Shown here: positions 28,004 to 39,761 of the stretch, one piece after another
Layout: every line of letters begins with the position of its first letter
Numbering within the stretch: position 1 is the stretch's first letter
Source: Vezdaea acicularis
Taxonomy: Eukaryota
Assembly (NCBI GenBank): GCA_026025075.1
Contig: JAPEUI010000057.1
Location: 62,001-109,673, forward strand
Direction: 5' to 3'
DNA: 47,673 nt
Program-made: the position numbers and the translations under genes
The notes under the pieces: generated by a model
What the model saw: only the letters and a program-made list of their open reading frames with translations
Told to the model about the DNA's origin: nothing
Database searches by the model: none

Positions 28004-30734
28004 ATGGGGCAAGCAGGCTCCTCACAGCGTGATGAAGCCCAGAGGCAACGCCCTCGGCCCCTGACACGCTTATGGTCTGATCGACCTTCCTTCAATCTAA
28101 GCACGGAGTCAAGCGCACTTGACGGCAGTGCTGAAACTACCAGGACAAGTCACATTTCCGCTAATCCGCTCGATGCTACGAGACGTCCCCTCTCCTCTCA
28201 TACAACACACGAGGTTGGAGCTGGCTATGATCCAAGAGGAAGGAACGAACAGCTCCATTCATCACAGTCTCTACACCTTCTACATTCAACCGGAAGCTCG
28301 ATGCAGGAATCTCCAATTTCCCAAAACGAAACTTCTGGTGAAGACGATCATGAGGGCGAGAGGAGAGTTCGTCGTAGACTTTCAACCCGGTTAGGCGAAT
28401 GGGCGCCCTCGAGACTAAGGACACCTAGTATCTTCACACCCCACGCAACGTCGTACCGCACCAGTAGACGCCGAACCGCCACCAATAATCCAGGGGTTCC
28501 ATCTCACGACCTTTTCGAAGGTCTAAATCCTGCTGTCACCACCAATGGGAGCTCTACAAGGCTAGGACCTGAAATTATCACTGGCGTTGATTCCACTCGG
28601 CTAAGGTCTCGACTTTCTTCCGTCCGTAACTCGCTATCCATTCCGCTAAATTTTTTCAATACGTCCGCAAGTTCTACGCAAGAACAAACTGACAATGATC
28701 AAGATCTTGATACCGCAAGATCCTCGCAAAGACCCTCTCGTTCCTCGTCAGCCATAAGGACCGATACTAACCTTCCTCGTTTGCCAACCCCCAACCTCGG
28801 AGACGATCTTGATTCTCGTGGTCTTGAAGTCTCAGACGTTTCCAGTAGCAATCATACGTCTCGTGTCACGCCCTTGCGAGGCCCTGATAATAGTCTTCCA
28901 TCCCGTATAGATCGCGGGATTCGAAGATTGCCAAGCGCCTTACGTGGTGGACCTACACGGCCACGACCTGGTGAAGACCACGCTGCTATGCTATCCAGGC
29001 TCTTATCTCAAGCAGCTGCGCTGACCGCGTCTTCCCTAGTCGGAAACAATCAGCGTGCACTAGCTTCTGCAAGGGATGTTGGTAGCGATAACTTGGATGG
29101 CACTTTTGAAGGGTTCTTGCAAGCACTCCGGGAAGGATGGCTCACAGCTGCTCTTAGAAATGGTAGCGATGAGCCTGAAAATGATTTCGCTGCTCAAAAT
29201 CGAGACGGTACCCTTGCACCTGTCAACTTCTTCCGGATGTTCCGTTTTGGATCTTTGAACGCAGGAAACACCACAGAGGACAACTCAAACTCGCCTGAGG
29301 GAAATGGTCAAGCGCATCCGGATCAGCCAAGTCGGTCCACAAGCCGTAGCAATAATGAAACGGAGGATGAAGGTCGTATGGTCCCAATAATCATAGTTGG
29401 GATCCGCTCGATGACACCTGAGGAGGGCATGGCCCGTGAAAATGGGGCTGGACCACCTCCATTCTTTGACATGCTCCAGAATCTTGCAATGCAAGAAGGA
29501 CCAACGAGAAGTCGTGGTAACTTTTTACGGAGAACGGACGGTAGATCCCGCTTTGGACGAAGTCGTCGAGAGTCTTTGAGCTCGACTTTCCCTGCTAATT
29601 ACGACAGTCAAAGGCATCATCGAGGATTGGGCTCAACTGCAGCACCTCAAAATGAGACGACTGATGCCCGAAGGACATCATCCCTGGGTTCTTTAGCCAA
29701 CGTGCTGTCAGAATCGCCCCCAGGCCCCCATCCACCTCCATCTACACCGGCCGAGCCTATCACTTCAAGGCTTCCATCTGGTGCTACGACGCCCAGTCGA
29801 CGACCGTCATCAGCCTCTGGTGGCCTTGCTTCACACTCTAGTCCCATCCAGGCGCCCCGGGATAATCTTATCAGGCGCCAGCCGGTGAACCAATCGGCGA
29901 ATCTTGAAGCAACGGAAGAGGAAAGGTTAGGACATGGAACTGATCGACGTAGACGAATGAGTGACACAGATTTTGCTAGGTATCGGAATCTCGCGTCTGC
30001 CGGCTCCAGTAGAAGGAATGGGTTTGTCGGAGATAGTGGTACGCCTGCAAGTGATGAATATGACGGCAGAGGAGGTAGAACTCAACTGGCAGACTCCACC
30101 GGCTCACAAAGCCGAAGCTGGATCATTTACGTTCTTGGTGGGAACTATCCCGAGGGCCACCCAATCTTGACCACTCCAAGCTTGTTTACCGATGTAAGCC
30201 TCCTTTTTTTCCTTTACTATAGAATGTCTTTCCTCTGGACGTACTAACTCAATCCTTCACTCTTTAGTCTCCATCGTATGAAGATATGCTTCTGCTTGCC
30301 ACCCTCCTTGGGCCAGCTAAACCGCCCGTTGCAAGTCAGGACGACCTCGCTTCCGCTGCAGGTGTCTACCGCATAGCTAGAGCTGATGGAGATCTGATTG
30401 GGTTGAGCTTGAGTTCAGACGGCGTTGACGCCGTTGGTACCATAACCATCACTGCAGGCGAGAGATGCCTAGTCTGCCTGTGTGATTACGAGACGGAGGA
30501 AGAGGTTCGAAAATTGTCTAGGTGCGCTCATATATTTCACCGAGAATGTATAGACGAGGTAAGGAAATAGATCCGACAGGTATGAAACGAGACTAATGGC
30601 GTTCTCAGTGGTTGATGACCGGTCGAAACTCTTGTCCTTTGTGTCGAGGACAAGGCGTTGAGGAGAAGCAAAGCGATCAATCTAGTCGCGCAACACAGCC
30701 TGGAGGAGAGTCAACACCAGGAACGGCACTATGA
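28004..30734 (+). CDS. RING-H2 finger protein (probable E3 ubiquitin ligase) with long disordered N-terminus and MG start (possible myristoylation)
   Basis: SWIIYVLGGNYPEGHPILTTPSLFTDSPSYEDMLLL and RING-H2 CLVC..CAHIFHRECIDEWL..CPLCR. Exons 28004-30193, 30268-30558 and 30609-30734. Confidence 0.9.
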
Positions 30735-32377
30735 TAAAGGTCCCATGTACAGCATGAACGAGCTTCATGGTCTTTTTCGGCCACTCTTTGGTGATAGTGG
30801 GTTGAGCATTTGCAAGGGTGTTCTGCATCGACTCTAGCTGGTGTATGGAAAGCGTTGACATGTGATCCCTGCTATATGGAGGGTTTGGTGGAATTGGTTT
30901 CATGTGGTACCTTTCAGAAATACAACTTATCCGTTTATGGTTCGTTTTTTGCATGACCACACGGACGGTATGAACCTCAATGTAGCTCAACGATAGACAG
31001 ATAATAAGGGATCTATTTAGAGAGCATCAGAGAAGTGCAGCATGGCTAGGATGCAGAAGGTGTGTTCCTTGACTAGTTGTCTGTTCCGCTCCTCAAGTTC
31101 ATTCGACCAGACGAACATACATATAGACCGGCCACCGGCCCCTGCATTTAAGCGCAGTCAAAAGCCGCTTCTTCCACCCGCTGCCTACAAAAAAAGCACT
31201 TAATCAATTGGTCATGGGAAGCAAATAGAGTGGATATCCGAGGTATTAACTCAGAAGCCTAGATGTCAAACTGATGAGTAGATAATTATTTGGGTAAATT
31301 ACATATTTTGAAAAACACTTTTTGATTTTGATATTATTAATAATAACTATGTTAATGTCCCTCCACATGTAGTGGAAAACCCTCCGTACTGGAAAATTTG
31401 ACGGATACTTTGAATTTGAGCCATTATAATTCGACGCACACGTCGTACTTTACAATTATTCGAAAAACCTTATATACCAGAGCAATTTTAGAGCATTTAA
31501 AAGTTGTTAAACCTGAAAGTTACATTTACGTTGTCGCCGCCTCGCCCAATACGCTCAAGGTCTGCTTTTAGGATAAAATAATCTCCCTTCTTTGCTGTAT
31601 GACCATAGCCTCTTTACTACTTAGAATATATATGTGAAGACGTTATCCGAGCCTTAGAACCTTGTTACAATGACCAGGAGTTATTATCAACTCTGTGCCT
31701 GCGGTCGCACGCCAATTCATACAAGATCCTCATGCTGGGAGGTACCTCTGATTGAAGGCTTTACCTATCTTAGTTAGTGCCAAACGAACCTGTATGACCT
31801 TCGCAATAATTACATTTATTTTATATCCGTCATTGGTACGCCAAGCTTGTGGCTGCAAGGCCATGACTCAAGGTGTGGCTCACTTTCTGGAAACATCTAT
31901 TTCGGGCGTGTCCCTCTCTTGGCGGGACAAGACATCAAAAATGTACCTCTCCTCATCTGGAAGTCGCCTGGTTGGTATTGCCATTGTTGCTAGGGCTAGA
32001 GATGAGCAAGGGGTAACGGTATTATCATGGGACCAATTTATCTATGTTGAACTCGAGCAGAGAACTGCATAAACAGAAGAACAAGCATGCAAACAGTAGG
32101 ATTAATTGTTCTTGAATTTGACTTAAGCTGTCAAAGACACAAGAATCAAGCAGGGTCTGCCTTGCAGCAGGTATTATACTCTACCAAGGTAAAACCAACG
32201 AAGTCGAGATGTAAGTGACCGAATTCTGCTTGCTGGATCGATTCTTCACGTAATGTCTTAAACATGAATTATTGTACCTAATCCAAGCAAATGAACTCAC
32301 GACGATTGATCGTTAGCCGAAGACTACCGCAGGTAAATAGGTACGGTCCCTCTCCTGTCTCTTTTTGTAGTGAAAAC

Positions 32378-34095
32378 CTAAGCATTTTGTCTTTCCATGG
32401 CCTGCGTAAGCGCTTGGACTACTTTTTCGTTCTTTTTGATGGTTGCAGCATTTAATGGCGTCCAGCCAGTGCTCTCAGTCAGCCACGGGTCTGCTCCATG
32501 CTCTAATAGTAAACGTGTGACCTCTAAGTGACCGTTCGTGGCCGCTGCATGTAATGGTGTAAACTGGCTCAAGTCCCTCACATTTGGGTCTGCAAGGCCT
32601 TCTTCAATGAGGACTCGGACTACTTCTTCATGTCCACACATACATGCTAAACAGAGCGGCGTGATTCCTCCTTCCGCTACTGCATGCACATTCACACCAT
32701 GCATCAGGAGTACAGACGCAATTTTAGGCTGGTTCGCTACTGCAGCTATATGCAGTGCATTTCGTCCGCCTGATCCATTCTCAATCATATTGACGTCTTC
32801 AGTGACACAAAGAACATGCTTGAGCGCATCTATACTTGGTGATGCTGCAGCGATAAGTAGAGGTGGAAGCGGCTGGGTATCTCTCGGAGACGGAGAGGTT
32901 CCCGTGGACTTCTTATAGTCTGTTGTGGTCAGTTTGTAGTCGCTACGCTACCTGTGTAGCATATTTTTTTACTAACCTGTGCTTTGCTGTGTCGTTAGTT
33001 CATTTCTTGGTTGATGTAACTCTTGGATCAGAGAATACATCTTCTCTTCATGCAACTTGAAAATTGTGAGAATTTCCTGGTGGCGAACACGTGCATCTAA
33101 GGAATATGTTCGTCAATGTTGAGAATCTCAGATACGGGCGAAAGTCATAACCTTGAGAATTGAATACTTCACCAATGTCCTTGCATGCAGCGTCTCGACG
33201 CCTAATGTCCGACAGAACCACCGACGGATCGTCCAAGTTGGGTATCGACCTTAGAAATCTAACTGTACTCAATAATATTAGTTGTAGAAGCACAACAAGA
33301 AGGGTTATTGTAATTCATGGTGTTTTTTTGATAATAGCATGCCGCTGTAATCTGATATTTGATTATATATTTATATAGTGCAACCAGACGAGCTTCAAAT
33401 TCTTGCTTCAGTGTTGTATCTTCACGCGTGACATATAAGAACTCAATTTCAGTGTACCGCGAAACGATGGTGGATACTTCCTCGGCTCCGGCCACCATGG
33501 CTGCATACTGGTCGGAGTCGTTGGTAGAGAGCTACAAGTATTTCAGCTGGCTGTCTTTCAATATCAAGGAACATCCTATTACCTGCATGATCAGACAAAC
33601 GCCTGCCCACGGTATTGCTGCGTGGGTCGGATCGAGACCAGCTGCAACACTAGCAAGGTCTTTAAAAATCTTGACGGCTTTCAAAAGCTTCTCTAATTGA
33701 TCACGGACGACAATTTCTTTTCCCGCAAGCCCAATCCTCCATTGCTTCCTCAACATAGAGTCGTGCGAGCGTTCAGTCGCCCGAATCAGTTGGCTGACTA
33801 CGTCGCCATCTGTTTGTGCCACTGCTTTCTGCACAGCTACGATTGTGCCTTCAAAAGCATGCTCTTCACTTTTTAGTTCTTCTGCTGCGAGCGACCAATA
33901 ATCTTTCTTTGATAATTTGTCGTACTCCGCGCCAGTCGAGACAGCGCTTCGGCTCGTAGCTGCGTCGTCGTTGATACAGATCTGATTCGAAGGAGTGAAA
34001 GACGATTGGATTTGCAGAGAGCTAGAAGGTTCCGGAGAGTCTTGAGCCGGGGAATTAGCATTACCTCGACCTTTTCAAACGAAAATCCGCTTCAT
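32378..34095 (-). pseudogene. Fungal NLR-type N-terminal helical domain (NWD NACHT-N-like) fused directly to ankyrin repeats; probable pseudogene
   Basis: DYWSLAAEEL..KIFKDLASVAAGLDPTHAAIPWAGVCLIMQ..YQI resembles NACHT N-terminal domains. C-terminal ankyrin repeats (NALHIAA, TPLCLAC, TPLHAAA, TPLNAA). Exons 34095-33583, 33531-33315, 33262-33152, 33096-32977 and 32919-32378. In-frame TGA at codon 7 (34077-34075); intron 2 donor at 33314 reads AT instead of GT. Confidence 0.75.
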
Positions 34096-34360
34096 TGCTG
34101 TATATTTATTTGAATAGGTGACGTATATATTATACTGACCTATTGGTGTGAGGAGGCAGCGTACGAGCAGGGAGCAGACTACGATCAATCAGGGATAGCG
34201 CCGGTGTGACGCAGGAGCAACGCAGGAGATAGATAGTAAAGTAGTAATAGTATAGTAGTCAACAGTAAGTCTTATATACGATTAAGTACTAAGGATCAAA
34301 TCTCCAGCGCTTCCCCGCTTCTAGATATGATAACGGTCACGTGACGCTGGCCTAGCACTG

Positions 34361-35545
34361 GGGTCTCGCAGCGGTCACGGGAGGGCAGGTTCATGACCAC
34401 CCTTGGCATACGGTCTCGCTAAGCGAGCGCCTTCACCTGAAGGCGGATGGTGGGCCTTCCACCGCCTATTCGAAAAGCCACGGGGCCTTCGGCCACCGGT
34501 GGCATTTGAGGAGCCTGCGCTTCAAGCGCCCAAACCGCTCCGTCGCTCTCGCCCGGCAGGGCTTGTGAGCGCTTCAAGCGCTCACAAGCGTATCGTGCCG
34601 GCCGGTCGCCCACGCATCAGGCGCTACCACAAGCGCTTGAAGCGCTCAGAGTGCATTTCGTCGGGCCTCTCGTCCAGCCTGCCGAGCGCTGCCACGAGCG
34701 CTTCAAGCGCTCCGAGCGCATTATGCCGGTCGGTCACCTCACGCATCAAGCGCTACAACGAGCGCTTCAAGCGCTCCGAGCGCTCTGTGCTGGCCGCTCG
34801 CCCCTCGCATCAAGCGCTGCCACGAGCGCTTCAAATGCTCTAAGCGCTCTGTGCCGTTCGGTCGCCCCTCGCATCAAGCGCTACCACGAGCGCTTGAAGC
34901 GCTCAGAGTGCATTTCGTCGGGCCTCTCGTCCAGCCGGCCGAGCGAAGCCATGAGCGCTTCAAGCGCTCCGAGCGTATTGTGCCGGTCGTGGTCTTGCTG
35001 GCTGACAGGAACCACAAGCGCTTCAAGCGCTTGGGGCGTATCAAGAGCAGCTGTCTTGTCCGGCCCATATGCAAGATCGCAGGCGCTTCAAGCGTTCCAA
35101 GCGCATTGTATCAGCCCATTCTCCAGGAAAAATTCCAAACGCTTCAAGCACTTGAAGCTTATAATGCCGGCCAGTCACCCTACCTGCCAGCTGAGATCAT
35201 GTTCACTCTGAGCACTCCGAGCGCTTCAAGCGCTCCAAGTGCATTTGTGCCAGCCTTTTCTTCCTGCCCGCATGCAAGACCGTGAGCGCTTCAAGCGCTC
35301 AATACGCATCATGCCCAACGGGGACATTTCAAGTGCTTATGGCCTTTTATGCTGACCACCTCGTCCTGCCTGCAGGGCAAGGCCATGAGTGGTTCAAGCG
35401 TTTCAAGTTTACCAAGCCGATCATCTCGTCGTACCAGTCTGACAAAACTGCAAGCGCTTTGAGCGCACGGAGTCCATTCTGCCCCCTGATCTCAACGTGC
35501 GTTCTGCCTGGCAGGTGATGCTATAGAATGCTTCGAGCGCTTCCT
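34361..35545. mobile_element. Element A: left terminus of an unclassified DNA element (hairpin cassette + subterminal repeat array); right end not seen
   Basis: 34361-34529 aligns collinearly with 38606-38777 (GGG..TCGCA...GTCACG.GA, CACCCTTGGCAT.CGGT, TAAGCGAG.GCCTT.AC, AGGCGG, CC.CCTATTCG.AAAG, GCCTGCGCTTCAAGCGC). Homology stops left of the GGG. Confidence 0.7.
34514..35542. repeat. ~64-bp tandem array centred on palindrome GAGCGCT-TCA-AGCGCTC, decaying rightwards
   Basis: Cores at 34567, 34631, 34696, 34760, 34824, 34888, 34953, 35016 and 35081, then degenerate copies near 35137, 35219, 35284, 35387, 35452 and 35526. Confidence 0.92.
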
Positions 35546-36184
35546 ACACGGCAATGCTCAGTGATGAGCCCCTGTCTCATTGGAAATGCTCCAAAAAGTC
35601 TCTTTTGAAGTCTGCCCCTTCCATCCCCTATAATATAGGCAGTAGCTAATCCTTACATCACCATAGGCATATCTTTTTGCTTGTTTAGAATTACCCATAG
35701 TCAATCCAACCAATTCCTCTGCAGGTCCATACGCTGTCAACATTACTTCTAGTGTTCCTGATCGCAAGAAAGAATCAACTTGAGCACTTCATTCATTGAC
35801 GCTCAATACTCGCACGTTTCAATTTGTTTGCAATCCGACACCGGCAAGATAACCATCAATGGTTCCCTTGAAATATTAATGTTTATGATAAAATGCCGAG
35901 CAAGTTACCCAAGATGCTAATTGGCAATGAGAAAGACACTTTGGTTTTACCTTACGACAGCAACGCTCAATAGCTGGGATGACTGGCTGCTGAACACTGA
36001 TCCTATGAAAAGTTGAGGCCAGCGGTTCTATCACAGGTACCTAAACTTACACACCAAGGGTTCAAGGTGTAAAGAGACTTACAACATCCAGTATCGTCAC
36101 CCTGCTCATCCTATCCGACTCAGATCTTTTGCCTTTGAGCTCTTTTAATACCGCCGATGATTGCGCAGTGCCATATGATCTGCT

Positions 36185-37540
36185 ATGTCAGCCAATATCA
36201 GTCCCGAAATAGATATATAAAGATTTAAAGAAGCATAGTTATCAAAGTTTTGCGAGCAGGTTCGAAGATTGAAGGCTCAATTGTTGTTCGATAGATAAGC
36301 TGAATGGGTTTCAAAGCTGTATTACCGTTATAATTGAAGCTTGGAGGCTCATTAGAAAGATGTAGAGGATTGAATCAGATTTCAGACAATCATCTGAAAA
36401 GAAAACTATCTGTAAGCATTCTTGGGCCAGTATATAAGTGACCAGAGAATCTAAGCTCGGCCCACAAGCGCAATGACAGCTTACAACTAAGAGTCTTAGA
36501 TCAAATGTCCCATGCTGATGATACTACGCCAAAGACACCTCAGTAACTGCACTTCATGTATGAGTATGTCACTAAAGCGACCACCACAACCTCACAGAAA
36601 CAGTAGTACCGACGACTCTCATCGTATAACATTTCTAGTAACCTGACGATCAAGGCTAGAAGACCATCTTGGATGCCCAGTCATCAATCTTTGATGCATT
36701 CTCAATGAAAAGCAAAGTACCTTACATCTCTATAAGCTTTGAAGCGAGATGATCTCAATGTTTGTCATGCAAGGCACCAAAGATCGATACAAGAAAACCT
36801 CTTCAGTTACGTTCACCTGACCAATATGGGTAGGTTTCAATTCAGCGTTCATGGAAACCCTAAATATAGCACGGCAAGGTTAGACTCTACCACCGAGCAA
36901 AAGGTTCTGTCTGTTGATGAGGATGATTAGGTTACCAACACTGCCGTAATACCGCCTGTGATTGACCAAGGTGAATGGTCCCATCGGTCGTCGCGTCAAG
37001 GCTTTCAAATCATCGATTGTATGTCTTATTCTCCCCAGTTCAGTCCCTTTTCTTATTCAGCCATTCAGCTTAGCACTATTTCAAAAATCTAAGCAAAAGC
37101 GCTGACGTGTGGGGACAACAGTGTGCAGATAGCTTTCTTAAATCCTCAGGAGTTAAGAACTTGTACGCAACATATCAAGAGCCAATCACTGAAGCTATGC
37201 ATATTTTGAACATTGTGACTGATGTACACGTATTTCTCGAGCTGCGGGCGTCTCCTCGTGTACTTGATTGTGTACAACGCCCATCCAATCTCACAATATT
37301 CCCAAACTCCTGTGACCACATTATTTAAAAGAAGCCGTCCATTGAGACACATGTCTTTTGTGTATCAGTTCTAACAACACCTGACGCCTCCGGAATAATC
37401 GTTGAAGAAAATGAAGCCTTAACCGTAAATCCTTATTTGCAATCTGCTAAGCACCGTTACCACCACATATATGACGTTTCAGTATAAGGACGTTGCCCCG
37501 CAAGAACATCAAGAGGTTCTACGGCACTTTGCTTCCCTTG
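36185..37540 (+). pseudogene. Decayed multi-exon gene of unknown family with many nonsense codons
   Basis: Protein-like reading from ATG 36185 (MSANISPEIDI*RFKEA*LSKFCEQVRRLKAQLLFDR*AEWVSKLYY...). Intron-like segments at 36558-36597, ~36717-36773 and 37019-37121 (GTATGT..GCTGAC..CAG). The last joins VKAFKSSI to CADSFLKSSG in phase. Confidence 0.45.
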
Positions 37541-37585
37541 ACGCAAAGCTCAAACTTTGATTTTAATGCCCAATCGTTCCGCCAC

Positions 37586-38290
37586 TCAAGTCGTTGGCAT
37601 CCCAATTCGCCTCCTCTTTTGGCCCGTCGTGGAACCTGAAAGTGTTAAGAGACAGTTGCTTGCAAACCGATCTTCTTGATGTTCCTCGGTGGCCCAGCGT
37701 TTTCGACCCATCTGGCCAGATAACGTAGCAGGAGCACATTCGTTGACGTCCAGAATGTATTTGACCAAAGTGTTACGTTCGGTAAACGACATGACTGAGA
37801 TTATTGGACGAATAGAGACCATAAGTCCGTCAACAGTGAATTCGGGCGCCGCGATGTTGCCGTTCCAGTCTTTCCGTTCCCAATACTCTGTCCAAGGTTT
37901 CCATATGCGTTTTTCCCTATTAATAAGCCGTCCCTCTTCATTGAAGACCTGCGTCTTTTCAAAAACGCCTTTCTTCTCAAGCCTATTTCCCTCATTACGT
38001 ACGTAGGTACGATACTTCGTGTCCACGTCTAGTGGCACTTTGCCCCTGTAGCCTAGATCCCACATGAGTTCCTCCCAGTTCTTTGCAGGATCTTCCCCTG
38101 CGATACCGCAATCTGTTTTCCGGACTTGATCGTGCCTGGCCATCCATCTTCTGACTATAAGCTGACTCTCCTTACTCAGCTGCTTCTTTCTAACGACTGC
38201 GGGGCCCCCTAGATCGGCGCAGGAGCCATCTTCATCGGATAGAGGTTTTGGTGGCCGTTCGAATGGGGCCCCTTTGGAGTTAACGCGCTG
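37586..38290 (-). pseudogene. Decayed gene of unknown family containing the 185-aa ORF 38143-37586
   Basis: Protein-like segment NWEELMWDLGYRGKVPLDVDTKYRTYVRNEGNRLEKKG..WKPWTEYWERKDW. The frame continues upstream through two in-frame stops to an intron-like GTTTGC..ACTAAC..CAG (~38341-38289). Confidence 0.45.
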
Positions 38291-38758
38291 CAGTACGCGG
38301 AGTTAGTCATTGTCAGAGATCATAAAGGTTCTTTGGCAAACCTTCAGTGACATTCCTTCTTCTGATGACTCGCGTGATGGTGGATAGTCGCACGCATGTG
38401 GTGATTCACGGGGAGAGTCAGTCTCATGCCTGGCCTGATCCTAAGGGGCGATAAGCAAAGATGCACAGGAATCAGAGTCCACACAGAGCCACATGACGTC
38501 TCACCATTGTCATTGATGGTTATAACAAGCGTTATCCCCTTTGTGTCAATCATATACGAGAACAGCAAGGTCGTTATTGCGGGCTCGGTTCATCCGATCC
38601 CAAATGGGAATCGCAAATGTCACGTGATAATATGGCATTTGCGCACCCTTGGCATGCGGTTTTTCGTAAGCGAGTGCCTTTACGAATAGGCGGTCGAAGG
38701 GCTACCATCCACCTATTCGTAAAGGCATGAGCCGTTAGCGAGCTATTAGCTACCGGCT

Positions 38759-39228
38759 GCCTGCGCTTCAAGCGCTCGAAGCCTGGGGCAGCCGGCTTCA
38801 CCCCGGGGTCGCTGGGGCGCTCCCGCAAGCGCTTCAAGCGCTCAAAGCTCTGGGCAGCTGGCTTCGCTCCGGGCTCGCTGGGGCGCTACTTCAAGCGCTT
38901 GAAGCGCTTGAAGCCTGGGGCGGCCAGCTTCGCTTCGGGCTTGCTAGGGCGCTTCCGCAAGAGTTTGAAGCGCTCCAAGCCTGAAGCGCTCCGGCAAGCG
39001 CTTGAAGCGCTTGAAGCGCTCAAATCCTCAGGCAGTTGATTTCGCTCCAGGCTTGCTGGGGGTTCTGCTTTAAGCGTCTAAAGTGCTTAAAGTCCGGAGC
39101 GGCCGGCTCTGCTTTGAGCTCAGTAGAGCTCTATTTTAAGCACTTGAAGCGCTTAAGCCTAGGGCGGCTGGCTTCGCTTTAGACTAGCTGAAGCGTTCTT
39201 ACAAGCATTTTAAGTGCTTTAAATGCCC
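38759..39228 (+). repeat. ~66-bp tandem array (left arm of element B) with 9-bp AAGCGCTT(G/C) sub-repeats
   Basis: Cores at 38761, 38827, 38893, 38959, 38996/39005, 39072, 39138 and 39203, with increasing C>T/G>A decay inward. Confidence 0.92.
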
Positions 39229-39761
39229 AAAATTTAATACATTCATTTTTGTAATATGTTTATTAAATCAAAAATTTAAATCTTTACACAATTGCAGTTT
39301 TGCTTATACTTAATATTTTAATTGCTTCAACTATTCTAAAAATATTAAATTAATTATGATACAACATGTATCAATATGAACTGCATAAAGGTTTAAATAT
39401 TACAAATAAAACAAATGAACACATCTATTAAATCTAATTGATTTATGTTTTAATTATTTTTTAAATATCAAATTGCAAGGAATTTTTCAAAAATGTTAGT
39501 ATTAGTTACTTTCAAATATGAATTGTTTTATTGCTCCAAAAAAATTCTTGATAAAATCGTACCAATGTTTTTCTATTAATTATTTTCATCAATATCTAAC
39601 AAGATTCTAACTATTTTTATCAATTATTTTTACTTTTAATATTAGATTAATTAATCTAGGAATTAATAATATTAAAATACTAAAATATTCTATTCAATAA
39701 TTAAAAGTATTTTTTTAGCAGTGCAAAAAGCTCAAAATAGGCAATTTGAGCGTGAATTGCA

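Noticed and set aside
34398..34430. piggyBac (CCCT), pogo/Fot1 (TA-CGG..TAAGCGAG) or CACTA-like (CACCC) terminus at this position
   Set aside because: Homology between A and B extends ~38 bp further left to GGG..TCGCA, there is no TTAA, and the TA is not shared by B.
34428..34480. Hammerhead ribozyme (CTGA...GAAA near hairpins)
   Set aside because: The core reads CTGAAGG rather than CUGANGA, and stems I and III with a cleavage triplet could not be built.
34403..35518. ORFs over the repeat arrays (KRFKRS and SASSA peptides), also 38574-38837 and 39701-39937
   Set aside because: By-products of GC-rich tandem repeats, open in several frames with no domain signal.
34561..35542. CRISPR-like appearance (palindromic repeat, ~64-bp period, polar decay)
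   Set aside because: The spacers are homologous to one another, the context is a eukaryotic genome, there are no cas genes, and a related array forms the inverted arms of element B.
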